Below are positions 30,444 through 39,351 of a DNA stretch of 64,000 bases, one piece after another. The notes under the pieces are model-generated. The model saw only the letters and a program-made list of their open reading frames with translations. It had not been told where the DNA came from and did not search any database. Location: NCBI GenBank assembly GCA_963674755.2, contig CAXXVS010000003.1:1824001-1888000 (forward strand). The letters run 5' to 3'. Made by a program: the position numbers and the translations under genes. This stretch comes from Desulfobacterales bacterium. Its GTDB lineage: Bacteria > Desulfobacterota > Desulfobacteria > Desulfobacterales > UBA5852. How positions within the stretch are numbered: position 1 is the first letter of the stretch; each line of letters opens with the position of its first letter.

Positions 30444-30943
30444 GGCGCGGCTCTCTCTTCGAGCGCCGATTCCCGCCGGCCGGCATGGCTACCTATCGGC
30501 ACGACCGCATCGCCGGGCCGAACCACGCCGCCCTTCAAGACCCGGACGAAAATTCCCTCGCGCGGCATGACACAGTCGCCCACGGCATGGAAGATGGCGC
30601 AGCGGTTGTGACATTCCTTCCCGATTTGGGTCACCTCGACCTCTATCGCGTTACCGAACTGCAGGCGGGTGCCGACCGGAAGGGTGTGTAGCTCGATCCC
30701 TTCGGTGGTAATGTTTTCGGCGAAGTCCCCGGGGCTCACATCGAGCCCCTTGCCGCGGATCTTGGAAATGCTCTCCATGGCCAGCAGGCTGACCTGGCGG
30801 TGCCAGGGGCCGGCGTGGGCATCGCCTTCGATGCCGTGGCCTTCTCTCAGATAAACCCGGTCCACGTTCGCTTTTTTGACGCCTTTGGTACGACTCACCG
30901 AAACCGCCTTGACATAGCTCTTGGCCACTGGGGGTGCACACAT
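30434..30943 (-). CDS. MOSC domain protein
   Basis: GIEGDAHAG..RQVSLL, PGDFAENITTEG, TQIGKECH, CVMPREGIF. Confidence 0.9.
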   Translation of the reverse strand: MCAPPVAKSYVKAVSVSRTKGVKKANVDRVYLREGHGIEGDAHAGPWHRQVSLLAMESISKIRGKGLDVSPGDFAENITTEGIELHTLPVGTRLQFGNAIEVEVTQIGKECHNRCAIFHAVGDCVMPREGIFVRVLKGGVVRPGDAVVPIGSHAGRRESALEERAAPCP

Positions 30944-31000
30944 ACTGATTTCTTCCTTAATAAATCGTGATGTCTCTTCTTCTGGACGCGGGAGCAAACC

Positions 31001-32032
31001 TCAGCATCCCCGACCGAAAGCGCATCGGGGATAAGTGCATTCGGGGCAGTCCTGGCACAGGCCGCCGTGCCCCATGAAGGCCAGCTCTTTCTTGCCGATG
31101 CGCTCTCCGGCCAGGATGCGGGGCAGCACCAGGTCGAGTACCGTTACGCGGTGATGCAGACCGCAGGCCGGTACGCCGAGCAGCGGTACCTCGCCGATAT
31201 AGGCCACGAGGAACATGGCGCCGGGCAGCACCGCTGCCCCGTAATGAACTTCGTTGGCTCCGGCCTTCCGGATGGCCGCCCGGGTCACATCGTCCGGATC
31301 CACACTCATGCCGCCGCTCAGCAGCAGGAGGTCGCATCCGCTGTCCAGGTGGCCCTGGATGGCGGCCACGATCTTGTCTTCATCGTCCGGGGCGAAGGCG
31401 ACACCACCCACCTCAGATTCCAGATCCGTGACTTTGGCGCTGAGGGTGGGGGCGAACTTATCTTCGATGAGGCCGTGGTAGACCTCGCTGCCGGTAATGA
31501 CCAGGCCGGCCCGGGCTTTGCGGAGGGATTTGACGCTGACCACGCACCCGTCCTGGGCTGCGATGGCGGCGGCGCGCTCCACCGGCGCCCGCTTCATGAC
31601 CAGGGGGATGGCGCGTGTGGCGGCCACCTGATCTCCTTTTTTGACCAGGGTATTGCTGTGGCGTGTGGCACACATTACTTCCTCGACCATGTTGAAGGCG
31701 GCCAGGGCCGGTGTGTTGATCGACAGCAGCCCGTCCATCGCGGCGTGCAGACTGATCTTGCCTTCCCGGGGATTGTCTTCCCATGTGGTGCCCTCGCCAG
31801 CCAATGCCCGCGCCAGAATCGACGCCGCTTCGTTTTCGTGAATCTCGTCATCGGCGAGATCGATCAGGTAGAGGTGGTTCTTGCCGAGCTTCTGCAGGTG
31901 GCAGATGTCCTCGTTGCAGACTTCGTGGCCTTTGCGGAAGGCCGGCCCCTTGAATTCGCCCGGCCGGATTTCGGTGATGTCGTGTGCGAGCTGGGTGCCC
32001 ACAGCATCTATGACGTTGATTTTTTTCAGCAC
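31001..32032 (-). CDS. Molybdopterin-binding (MoeA-like, MoCF_biosynth domain) protein with Cys-rich C-terminus
   Basis: LAHDITEI, ITGSEVY, SGGMSVDPDDVT, VLPGAMF, GGLCQDCPECTYPRC. Confidence 0.8.
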   Translation of the reverse strand: MLKKINVIDAVGTQLAHDITEIRPGEFKGPAFRKGHEVCNEDICHLQKLGKNHLYLIDLADDEIHENEAASILARALAGEGTTWEDNPREGKISLHAAMDGLLSINTPALAAFNMVEEVMCATRHSNTLVKKGDQVAATRAIPLVMKRAPVERAAAIAAQDGCVVSVKSLRKARAGLVITGSEVYHGLIEDKFAPTLSAKVTDLESEVGGVAFAPDDEDKIVAAIQGHLDSGCDLLLLSGGMSVDPDDVTRAAIRKAGANEVHYGAAVLPGAMFLVAYIGEVPLLGVPACGLHHRVTVLDLVLPRILAGERIGKKELAFMGHGGLCQDCPECTYPRCAFGRGC

Positions 32033-32073
32033 GGCGACCTCGCTTTCATCGGAATGAATGAGAGACGTTGGAT

Positions 32074-32769
32074 CTAATGAAGCGCTATGATCTTTTTATG
32101 GCGGTGTGGCGCAGCAACGGTGCGATACATACAACCACGCTGCTCCTCCAGTGGGGACCAGTTCATCCCCGCCCAGCTGATTTCACGAGTATGTGAAAAG
32201 TAGCAGTTTTCGGAACATGGTTTGCAAACAGGCTGGTCGTTGTGCATGATCTCGCGGCGGTCGCGAATGATTTGACCACACCGGCTGCAGGCCACTTTGC
32301 GCCGGGTGGGGCCCGGCAGATCGCAGGCGTCGAGGCGAACGTCCACCTTCTGGACCCGGAAAAGAACGCTGTCCGGCATGCGCCGGTAGGCCTCCAGCTG
32401 CCGGGCGCTTTTGCCTTCGATCTCCGGTGCATAGACGGCGGCCAGATCACGGGACTCCTCGGTGGACAGCACCCGATAGGCGGCTCCTGTTCCCAGGTTG
32501 AGAAATGTAGCCGCCATGATGCCGTAGTCCATGAATTTGAGGCTGCGTCTTCCCAGCTTGGCGCCGGTAACATGGGCCACGGCATCGGCCGTGCAGCGGT
32601 CCATCTCCACATAGACGATCAGTTTCTTGATCTGGTCCCGGCGGGTGGGCTCGTCCAGCCCGATCAGGCGGCAGCCCAGCATGGCCATGCGAACGCCCAC
32701 GACCTGGCCGGGGCACAGGTGACCATGCGCGGCGGCAGACTGATCCAATAGAATTTGAAATGGTTTCAT
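32074..32769 (-). CDS. FmdE-family protein with C-terminal Zn finger
   Basis: HGHLCPGQVVGVRM, VEMDRCTADAV, CSRC..CKPC. Confidence 0.88.
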   Translation of the reverse strand: MKPFQILLDQSAAAHGHLCPGQVVGVRMAMLGCRLIGLDEPTRRDQIKKLIVYVEMDRCTADAVAHVTGAKLGRRSLKFMDYGIMAATFLNLGTGAAYRVLSTEESRDLAAVYAPEIEGKSARQLEAYRRMPDSVLFRVQKVDVRLDACDLPGPTRRKVACSRCGQIIRDRREIMHNDQPVCKPCSENCYFSHTREISWAGMNWSPLEEQRGCMYRTVAAPHRHKKIIALH

Positions 32770-32844
32770 GCGAGCTCGTTTCCTTTCAGATGATGGCGTC
32801 TGCGGCCACCTCAGCCTACGGCAGCAGACGCCGTCATCCTGGAT

Positions 32845-33522
32845 TCAATGCACGGTCGGCTCCCTTTGCTCCAAACGCAGGAACGCAGACAGCAAAGCGG
32901 CCACTGCCTGGAAAAACGGCGTTTCCGCCTTTTTCGCCAGCTCCTCGCTGAAATCGCCGGCCCAGGGCAGCAGGTGCGTTTTTACAAATTGCTGCTGCTT
33001 GGTCAAAAGCCCCTCACTTTCGTCAAACCGCTCGGCAAGCATAGCCTCGGCCGTTTTTCGACAGATGTGCGCCATGAACGTCAATTCGGCGCCAATGTGA
33101 TCGGCAAAGTCGATACGGTCATATCGGGGTTCGAGGCCTTCCTCGCGATAACGGCGCTCCACCTCCCGGGCCTGGTGGCCCAAGATGCAGTTCCACTTCA
33201 CGCGGGCGCCGGCCTGGTTCCGGCCGCTGTAGCTCGATTCATATGGATGCGTGTAAATCGCCCCTGGGACGCGCATCAGCCCTTCAAAGTCCAATTCCAC
33301 CGCTTCGGTTGAAAGGTTTCCCGACCGGTAGCGGTCCACCAGATGATTCATCTTCTCCACGAGTTGCGGATCGTCGAAAAGGCCCTTGATGGATTCCGCT
33401 GCCCGGGGACCGGACAATTGGCGGATGGCTTCATCGGTCGGCGGGACGCTGAGCAGGCTTCCCAGCAGGTCGTAGACGTTCGAACGCGCCATTTGCCAAT
33501 CGATAGATTCCGTATGTTCCAT
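32845..33522 (-). CDS. TorD/DmsD-family molybdoenzyme chaperone
   Basis: HPYESSY, ADHIGAELTFM, HLLPW; directly after the catalytic subunit. Confidence 0.88.
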   Translation of the reverse strand: MEHTESIDWQMARSNVYDLLGSLLSVPPTDEAIRQLSGPRAAESIKGLFDDPQLVEKMNHLVDRYRSGNLSTEAVELDFEGLMRVPGAIYTHPYESSYSGRNQAGARVKWNCILGHQAREVERRYREEGLEPRYDRIDFADHIGAELTFMAHICRKTAEAMLAERFDESEGLLTKQQQFVKTHLLPWAGDFSEELAKKAETPFFQAVAALLSAFLRLEQREPTVH

Positions 33523-33533
33523 GATGATACTCC

Positions 33534-36368
33534 TTAAACCTTTTCAACGGCGACATAGGAGTCGAAAAACGAACTGCTGCCGCCGATGGGATCCTGAAGG
33601 CATACATCCTTCAGATAGGGATCGAGCAGCATGACCGGGTTGGCACTGCAGCCACGGCCGACAAACTTGCGGGAGGCCGTCTGCTTGCCATCCAGGGCAA
33701 AGGGTTTGCTGCCGTATTGCCAGTGACCCAGCGAATGGGGGATGCTTACGACACCGGGCCGCATGGCCTCGGTCACAAACGCCCTGCCCTTCACGCCTTC
33801 GGGATTAGAGACCGAATGGACGCGGACCAGATCACCATGCTTGATACCCAACTTTTCGGCGTCGCCGGCATACATCTCGACGCACTCCTCCGGGGTCAGA
33901 TCCATCAGCCAGCGGCTGGCGGCGGTGCGTGCCTGGGCATGAAACGATGGATGATAGGTGTTGACGAGGAGCGGGTATTTGTCGCGCTGCAGGTCGACGG
34001 GCCTTCCCATGGCATCTTTCAGAGGCTCATACAAAGGCAGTCCGTCATAGAATTCGCCGGTCATGGAGTCCCGTGTCGTCGCCAGTTTCTCACTGTAAAA
34101 AAAGCACGCATTTTTATAGGCATGCCGGGTATGATCGCCCTTGTGGGCCTTGCCGTGGTCCTCGAAGCGGCCGCCGCGATCCAGGACATACTTGACCTTT
34201 TCGGCCTCCGTGTTACCGGGAACGCTGTCGCCTTTCTTATCGCCGAAGGCAATGTTGGCCACCAGTTTATGATACCAGTGCTCGGGTTTCTCCAACGGAT
34301 CGCCGGGGCCGAAACCGTCTTTGCCGTAACCGGGAAGCCCCATTTTCAGGCCCAGGTCGATGAAGATTTCCTCTGTGGACTTGACATCCTTGGCCACGGG
34401 CGGGATGCATGGCTGCCGGACGCCGCTGGTCGTGGTGAGGATGGTGGGTGCCACGTGCGGCGTGCCCCAGTCTTCGAGAATATGAATGGTGGGCAGGATA
34501 TAATCGGCCCAGGCGGAAGTCTCCCCCATGACATAGTCGATGGCAATGAACAGGGGCAGCACTTTGGGGTCTTTGACCCCGTTGATCTGGTGGATGCCCG
34601 CCGGGCTTGAATAGGCCACGTTGTTCCAGTAGGTGATTAGGGCTTTCACCTGGTACGGATATTGGGCACCGATACTGGGAAAGACTTCCTGGTAGACGTT
34701 GTTGTAGGCGAATGGGAACCACTGGCGTTTGGCCGGATACCCGTTCTTTTTGAACTCGCTGCTGTCTTCGTAATGGGCTTTTTTCCGATCGATGGTGATG
34801 CCTTTGGCTTTGACGGCGCCCGGATGAAGCGCCTTGGCAAGGTTGTAGGGGTTGCCTTCCTTGCCGCCCATCTCATGCCAATGGGACCCGCCGTGGGCTT
34901 CACAGCCGCCTTTCCAGGAAACATTGCCGAGCAGGAAATTAAGCATGCCCAGCGTACGGGCGGTGTAGGTTCCGTTGGTGTGCTGAACCGGGCCGCGGTA
35001 AAAATCGGCGATCGCCCGCCTTCCATAGGAGCTGAATTCGTCGGCGGTTTGGGCGATGACCTTTGGGTCCAGCTCGCAGATGGCAGCGTATTCTTCCACC
35101 GTACGCTCAAAGATGCGTTCTTTCAGCATCGAAAAGACCGTTTTGACCGCGATGCCGTTGAGGTCGCCGGCGAACTCCAGATCGGCCATGGCCACCGACG
35201 CGCTGCCGTTCGCCTGGCCATCTGCCATGACCACGAATTCCTTATCTCCGGCATTCAGTCCGATATCTTCCGGCCGCAGGTATTTGCGATTGTCCTGACG
35301 AACCAGATGGGAGGCATCGCACCAGGTCAGGTGGCCGTCGATAGCGGAGGCCTTCTTGCCCGGGAAAGCCAGGTAGCGTTTGTCGATGCGGTCGTTTTCG
35401 ATCATCCAGCGCATCATGCCCATGGCAAAGGCCGCATCGGTCCCGGGAAGGATTGGGATCCACCGGTGGGCCTTGGCGGCCGAATTGGAAAACCGCGGAT
35501 CGACGATAACCAGCTTGCCCTCATTTTCCCGGAAAAAGTTGAGCTTGCGGGCCAACGCCTGCATGGGAAAATTGGCCTCATAAGGGCTGGTGCCGAAAAA
35601 GATGATGTATTGGGCGTTCATGATATCGGGTTTGATATGGTGCGATCCGTCAAAACACAGGTCCAGTCCGACATGGTGGGACGTTTCACAGATGGAGGTG
35701 TGGTCCAGCCGGTTGTTGACCGTACCGAAAGCGTTTTTGAACCAGCGGTCGGTAAACTCTTTTTTACCGTGTTCGATGCGGCCCGGCATGAAAACCACCG
35801 AATTGGCCTTGGAGCCCAGTTCGGGGGCTTGCGGGTCGATGGGGGTTTCGAGATCACGCAGGGCGGCCAATCCCTCCACATGGCCCTCTCCGAACAGATC
35901 CCCGCCGTTGACGATTTCATCATAGGCCTGTTCCCACGTGATGGTTTTCCATTTGCCTGAACCGCGTGCGCCGGCGCGTTTCAAGGGGTGAAGGAGTCGA
36001 TCCGGGTTGTAGAGCGTCTGAACGAGGGCACCGGCTTTGGCACAGGCCGTCCCTTCGAACTTGTCAGCGGCCCTGGGATCGGTGTCGTAGGGGAGATGCA
36101 GTTCCATCGTGTTGGGATGGTAGGGGTTGCCGCTGACCTTGGCCACCTTGCCGTCAACCACCTTGACCTGCAGGCCGCAGGCGCTGTGGCAGGCCAGACA
36201 GACCGTGCGAACCACTTTTACGTTATCGCCGTCTACCGGATCGACCTCAGGCGCACCGCTGATCCAGTCACCGGTTTTTTCGGCAGGTTTCATGCAGCCG
36301 GCGGTCGCCACCATGGCACCCAGTGCCAGAGCGGATTTGATGAATTTTCTTCTGTTATTCGAACCCAT
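33534..36368 (-). CDS. DMSO-reductase-family molybdoenzyme catalytic subunit, TtrA/SrdA lineage (substrate unknown)
   Basis: Tat motif NRRKFIK + lipobox ATAGC; CLACHSAC..GNPYHP..TACAK; GGDLFGEGHVEGL insertion typical of TtrA; HTSICE probable Mo-ligand Cys; GHWQYG. Confidence 0.85.
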   Translation of the reverse strand: MGSNNRRKFIKSALALGAMVATAGCMKPAEKTGDWISGAPEVDPVDGDNVKVVRTVCLACHSACGLQVKVVDGKVAKVSGNPYHPNTMELHLPYDTDPRAADKFEGTACAKAGALVQTLYNPDRLLHPLKRAGARGSGKWKTITWEQAYDEIVNGGDLFGEGHVEGLAALRDLETPIDPQAPELGSKANSVVFMPGRIEHGKKEFTDRWFKNAFGTVNNRLDHTSICETSHHVGLDLCFDGSHHIKPDIMNAQYIIFFGTSPYEANFPMQALARKLNFFRENEGKLVIVDPRFSNSAAKAHRWIPILPGTDAAFAMGMMRWMIENDRIDKRYLAFPGKKASAIDGHLTWCDASHLVRQDNRKYLRPEDIGLNAGDKEFVVMADGQANGSASVAMADLEFAGDLNGIAVKTVFSMLKERIFERTVEEYAAICELDPKVIAQTADEFSSYGRRAIADFYRGPVQHTNGTYTARTLGMLNFLLGNVSWKGGCEAHGGSHWHEMGGKEGNPYNLAKALHPGAVKAKGITIDRKKAHYEDSSEFKKNGYPAKRQWFPFAYNNVYQEVFPSIGAQYPYQVKALITYWNNVAYSSPAGIHQINGVKDPKVLPLFIAIDYVMGETSAWADYILPTIHILEDWGTPHVAPTILTTTSGVRQPCIPPVAKDVKSTEEIFIDLGLKMGLPGYGKDGFGPGDPLEKPEHWYHKLVANIAFGDKKGDSVPGNTEAEKVKYVLDRGGRFEDHGKAHKGDHTRHAYKNACFFYSEKLATTRDSMTGEFYDGLPLYEPLKDAMGRPVDLQRDKYPLLVNTYHPSFHAQARTAASRWLMDLTPEECVEMYAGDAEKLGIKHGDLVRVHSVSNPEGVKGRAFVTEAMRPGVVSIPHSLGHWQYGSKPFALDGKQTASRKFVGRGCSANPVMLLDPYLKDVCLQDPIGGSSSFFDSYVAVEKV

Positions 36369-36371
36369 TGC

Positions 36372-37526
36372 TTAGGCCTCCTCGCTTTGGATGTTTTCAT
36401 AGGGCAGCATTTTGTAGCTGAGCACAAAGATGAGCAGGATGGCAGCCACCATGATGGCGGCGAAGATCAGCTTGTCCGGCTCGTACGGCACCTGCTCCAA
36501 CTGGAAGCTGGTCATGGGCAGCATCTGGCCCCCTATGAAAAGGTTGGCGATGCCGTAGAAGGCACCAACCATTGCCGCAAGGGCCGCTATCACTCTGAGC
36601 AGCCATTGATCGCGGCCGGATTTGAACAGCATCAGGACAAAGGGGAGCACGAGGCCGGCCCCCACCTGTAGGAACCAGAATTGACCGGAGCGCGGGCCGG
36701 ATACGAGGAGGTTGATCATCGCCTGCCCCCCCTGGCCCACGAATTTGAGCTGCATCAGGTAAATGGCCCAGATGAGCGCTTGGACCAGAAGGGCGTATTT
36801 GAAAAACCGGGCCAGGCCCGAAAGATACCGGTCTTGGTCTTTGAAATTGCTCGCAGATGCGCTGCCGAGAGCATTTTTTAGCTGCGCGAACAAAATCAGG
36901 AAGGCCGCCCCTGTGGAAAGCCCCTGGCCGATGAAGATAAAGATCATCACGGCCGAGTTCCAAGCCACACGTCCTTTAAACGAACTGAGCATGAATCCCA
37001 GATAGATCAGGCCGACGATGGACATGGTCACACTGGTGCTGGCCCAGAAGCGTTCTTTGCCGTGATGCCGCTGGCGGATTTCATCCGCTGTACCGTCGGC
37101 CAGGCCGCCGGTCAGCAGTTTATAAAGGCCGGCAAAGACAGACCCCTCCCGCGCCTTTACAACCATTTCCGGCAAGAAAAGATAATACGAGTGGAAGGCG
37201 TAGGAGATGATGCACAGCAGGACGACATAGAAGCCATAGGCCACCGGCGCCGTCCAGTTCCAGTTGTAGCTCATGGTCAATGCCCGTTCGGGATGACCAA
37301 GGTCGGCGATGAGAAAAAAGGAGACCAGCGAAAGGATGACAAAGGGGAGAAACGAGCCGACTTTTTCAAGGGGGCGATAGTTGTCCTGGCGGTAGTAGAG
37401 CCAGGAAAGATGGGATACGATGTGGGTGCCTTCGGCCAGAGCAAAAAAATACAGATAGAAGGCGATCAAATACCCCAGCGCCACACCGTGATTAATCCAG
37501 TGGATATGTTGGATCACTTCGTTCAT
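36372..37526 (-). CDS. NrfD/PsrC/TtrC-type membrane anchor
   Basis: IAFYLYFFAL, ADLGHPER, many TM helices; between the B and A subunits. Confidence 0.85.
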   Translation of the reverse strand: MNEVIQHIHWINHGVALGYLIAFYLYFFALAEGTHIVSHLSWLYYRQDNYRPLEKVGSFLPFVILSLVSFFLIADLGHPERALTMSYNWNWTAPVAYGFYVVLLCIISYAFHSYYLFLPEMVVKAREGSVFAGLYKLLTGGLADGTADEIRQRHHGKERFWASTSVTMSIVGLIYLGFMLSSFKGRVAWNSAVMIFIFIGQGLSTGAAFLILFAQLKNALGSASASNFKDQDRYLSGLARFFKYALLVQALIWAIYLMQLKFVGQGGQAMINLLVSGPRSGQFWFLQVGAGLVLPFVLMLFKSGRDQWLLRVIAALAAMVGAFYGIANLFIGGQMLPMTSFQLEQVPYEPDKLIFAAIMVAAILLIFVLSYKMLPYENIQSEEA

Positions 37527-37540
37527 AATCTTCCCTCCTG

Positions 37541-38251
37541 TTACAGTGCGGAATAATCGGCACCGAGTATGGCGGCGTCGGCGGCCACATAGTGAACCTT
37601 CGGACGGGTGTCCAGATCCGCCCGGATCGTCTGGGTCGAATGGGCATTCAGGTATTTGATGATCTCCGATTGAGGATCATTGAGGTCGCCGAAAATCCGT
37701 GCCCGCCCCGTGCATGCGGTCACGCAGGCCGGCTCCACGCCCGCGGTGATACGGTGGTAGCAAAAATCGCATTTGTCGGCCGTATTGGTTATGGGGTTGA
37801 AAAATCGGGCCCCGTAGGGACAGGCGTCGATGCACACGTGACAGCCGACGCATATTTCCCGGTCGACATGGACGACACCGTCTTCCTCGGTGCGGTAGGT
37901 GGCGCCGGTGGGGCACAGGTTCAGGCAAGGCGCATCTTCACACTGATTGCAAAGACGCGGCAGGAAATGAAAACTGGTGTCGGGGTAGCGACCCTTGGCG
38001 ATTTTTTTAACCCAACTGCGGTATTTGCCATCGGGCACATTGTTTTCACTCAGGCAGGCAATCGTGCAGCCGTGGCAGCAAGTGCAGCGGTTCGTGTCGA
38101 TCACCATGGCGTACTTCTTGGCACCCGCCGTGCTGGCTCCGGCACGCTTTTCAGGCTGAATCAGCAGTGCGCCTGCCCCCAGAGCCGTGGCACTGACGCC
38201 AAGACTGCCCAAAAACTGGCGCCGGTTAAGCTTTCTGTTGATTTGTCGCAT
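37541..38251 (-). CDS. Four-cluster Fe-S subunit (TtrB/SrdB/PsrB-like)
   Basis: Tat LNRRQFL; CTCCHGC, CNQCEDAPC..CP, CVGCHVC..CPY, KCDFC..PAC; GGAGG RBS. Confidence 0.92.
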   Translation of the reverse strand: MRQINRKLNRRQFLGSLGVSATALGAGALLIQPEKRAGASTAGAKKYAMVIDTNRCTCCHGCTIACLSENNVPDGKYRSWVKKIAKGRYPDTSFHFLPRLCNQCEDAPCLNLCPTGATYRTEEDGVVHVDREICVGCHVCIDACPYGARFFNPITNTADKCDFCYHRITAGVEPACVTACTGRARIFGDLNDPQSEIIKYLNAHSTQTIRADLDTRPKVHYVAADAAILGADYSAL

Positions 38252-38352
38252 GCAAGTACCTCCCCTTGTTGTCCGATTGTTCAAGCACGTTTTCCATTGG
38301 CACTTATCTATATGGTTCGTTTAGTGGTCCACCTTAAGTGATGCCGTTTCAG

Positions 38353-38727
38353 TCATGCGTCGTGGCCCTCCTTCCGGATACTGTCGATCCAAAAAAACAG
38401 CTCGTCCGGATCGACCGGTTTGTTGATGCAAGCATAAATGTGGCCGCCAATCGCGTCCTCGAGCTCAGGGTGGAATCGCCGCTCCGAAAGGCAGAAAAAA
38501 TAAATGCCCGGGTTCTGCACGGTAAGATTGCGGATGGTCCGATTGTCCACCGGCACCGAATCGATATCGATGATGACCGCCATGATGTCGTCGTTGGCAA
38601 GCCTCTGATTCAGTTCATCAAGGGTCTCCAGAAGCTCGGACATACAGCCATTTCGCACGAGCAGTTGGCAAAGATCCTGACGCTGCCGCTCATTTGCATC
38701 GAGAACCAGGATGGTCGTTCCCCCCAT
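38353..38727 (-). CDS. Stand-alone atypical response-regulator receiver domain
   Basis: ILVLD, VIIDID, INKP pattern; no output domain. Confidence 0.65.
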   Translation of the reverse strand: MGGTTILVLDANERQRQDLCQLLVRNGCMSELLETLDELNQRLANDDIMAVIIDIDSVPVDNRTIRNLTVQNPGIYFFCLSERRFHPELEDAIGGHIYACINKPVDPDELFFWIDSIRKEGHDA

Positions 38728-38811
38728 CCGATGCCCCTTCCCTGGATAGAAAGGCAACTTACTGAAAAATATGTGGTAAATTTGTTCTATGACTTAGTGG
38801 CATGATGTATG

Positions 38812-38826
38812 GCAAAACACATGCCA
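38812..38826 (-). promoter_or_regulatory. Sigma54 (-24/-12) promoter for the receiver-B-C-A-D run
   Basis: Minus strand reads TGGCATGTGTTTTGC (GG-N10-GC), about 85 bp before the receiver start. Confidence 0.8.
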
Positions 38827-38969
38827 CAGCTTTTGGAGTTGGCGATATGGTAGTGGGAGAGAGATGTAACTACCTGCTATGTTATAAAGATTGGCATATC
38901 TGGGATACATCCATCATTGGTCTCCGGGGGGAGGGTGCGGCCTTACCTCAGCTCGGAACCGCCTGTGTT

Positions 38970-39086
38970 GTGTCCAGAAATTGAGGCAGCAATAATTTCT
39001 TAAATAAAAATTTATTGTAATAATAGACAGATATACGTGTCCAAGATTTGTACACAGCTTCCTCGCGGGTCGGAGTGATTGGACAC
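38970..39086. promoter_or_regulatory. Candidate upstream activator sequences for the sigma54 activator
   Basis: GTGTCCAG (38970), near-palindrome GTGTCCAA-GAT-TTGTACAC (39037-39055), TTGGACAC (39079-39086), with an AT tract between the first two. Confidence 0.55.
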
Positions 39087-39132
39087 TTTTTCCAACGGCT
39101 TGAAAAGAGCCTCGGGCACGGCCTGCCATGCC

Positions 39133-39281
39133 TTAACAGGCTGTGGCTAAACGGCGCCTCAGGTCGAAATGCGGCGTTGCGGGCCTCGCGTAAATGCTCA
39201 CAACTTCGTGGTTGCTGCGCTTTCCGCTTCGGTCCGCGCCTTGCATTTCGCCCCGATGCTTGTTTATCAACAGCCTGTTAA
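39133..39281. mobile_element. 149-bp MITE/REP-like hairpin element
   Basis: 20-bp terminal inverted repeats TTAACAGGCTGT(G/T)G(C/A)TAAAC with 2 mismatches; internal complementarity CGAAATGC/GCATTTCG; no transposase. Confidence 0.7.
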
Positions 39282-39351
39282 ACGTCGCAGAGTATGACGG
39301 GGTGAAGGGGAGGGAATTGAGGATCCAGGCGCTTGGACGTCGGTTGCGTCT

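Noticed and set aside
33534..36368. Naming the gene arrA, ttrA or srdA
   Set aside because: Motifs and B-C-A order argue against canonical ArrA, and the substrate within the TtrA/SrdA lineage cannot be read from sequence
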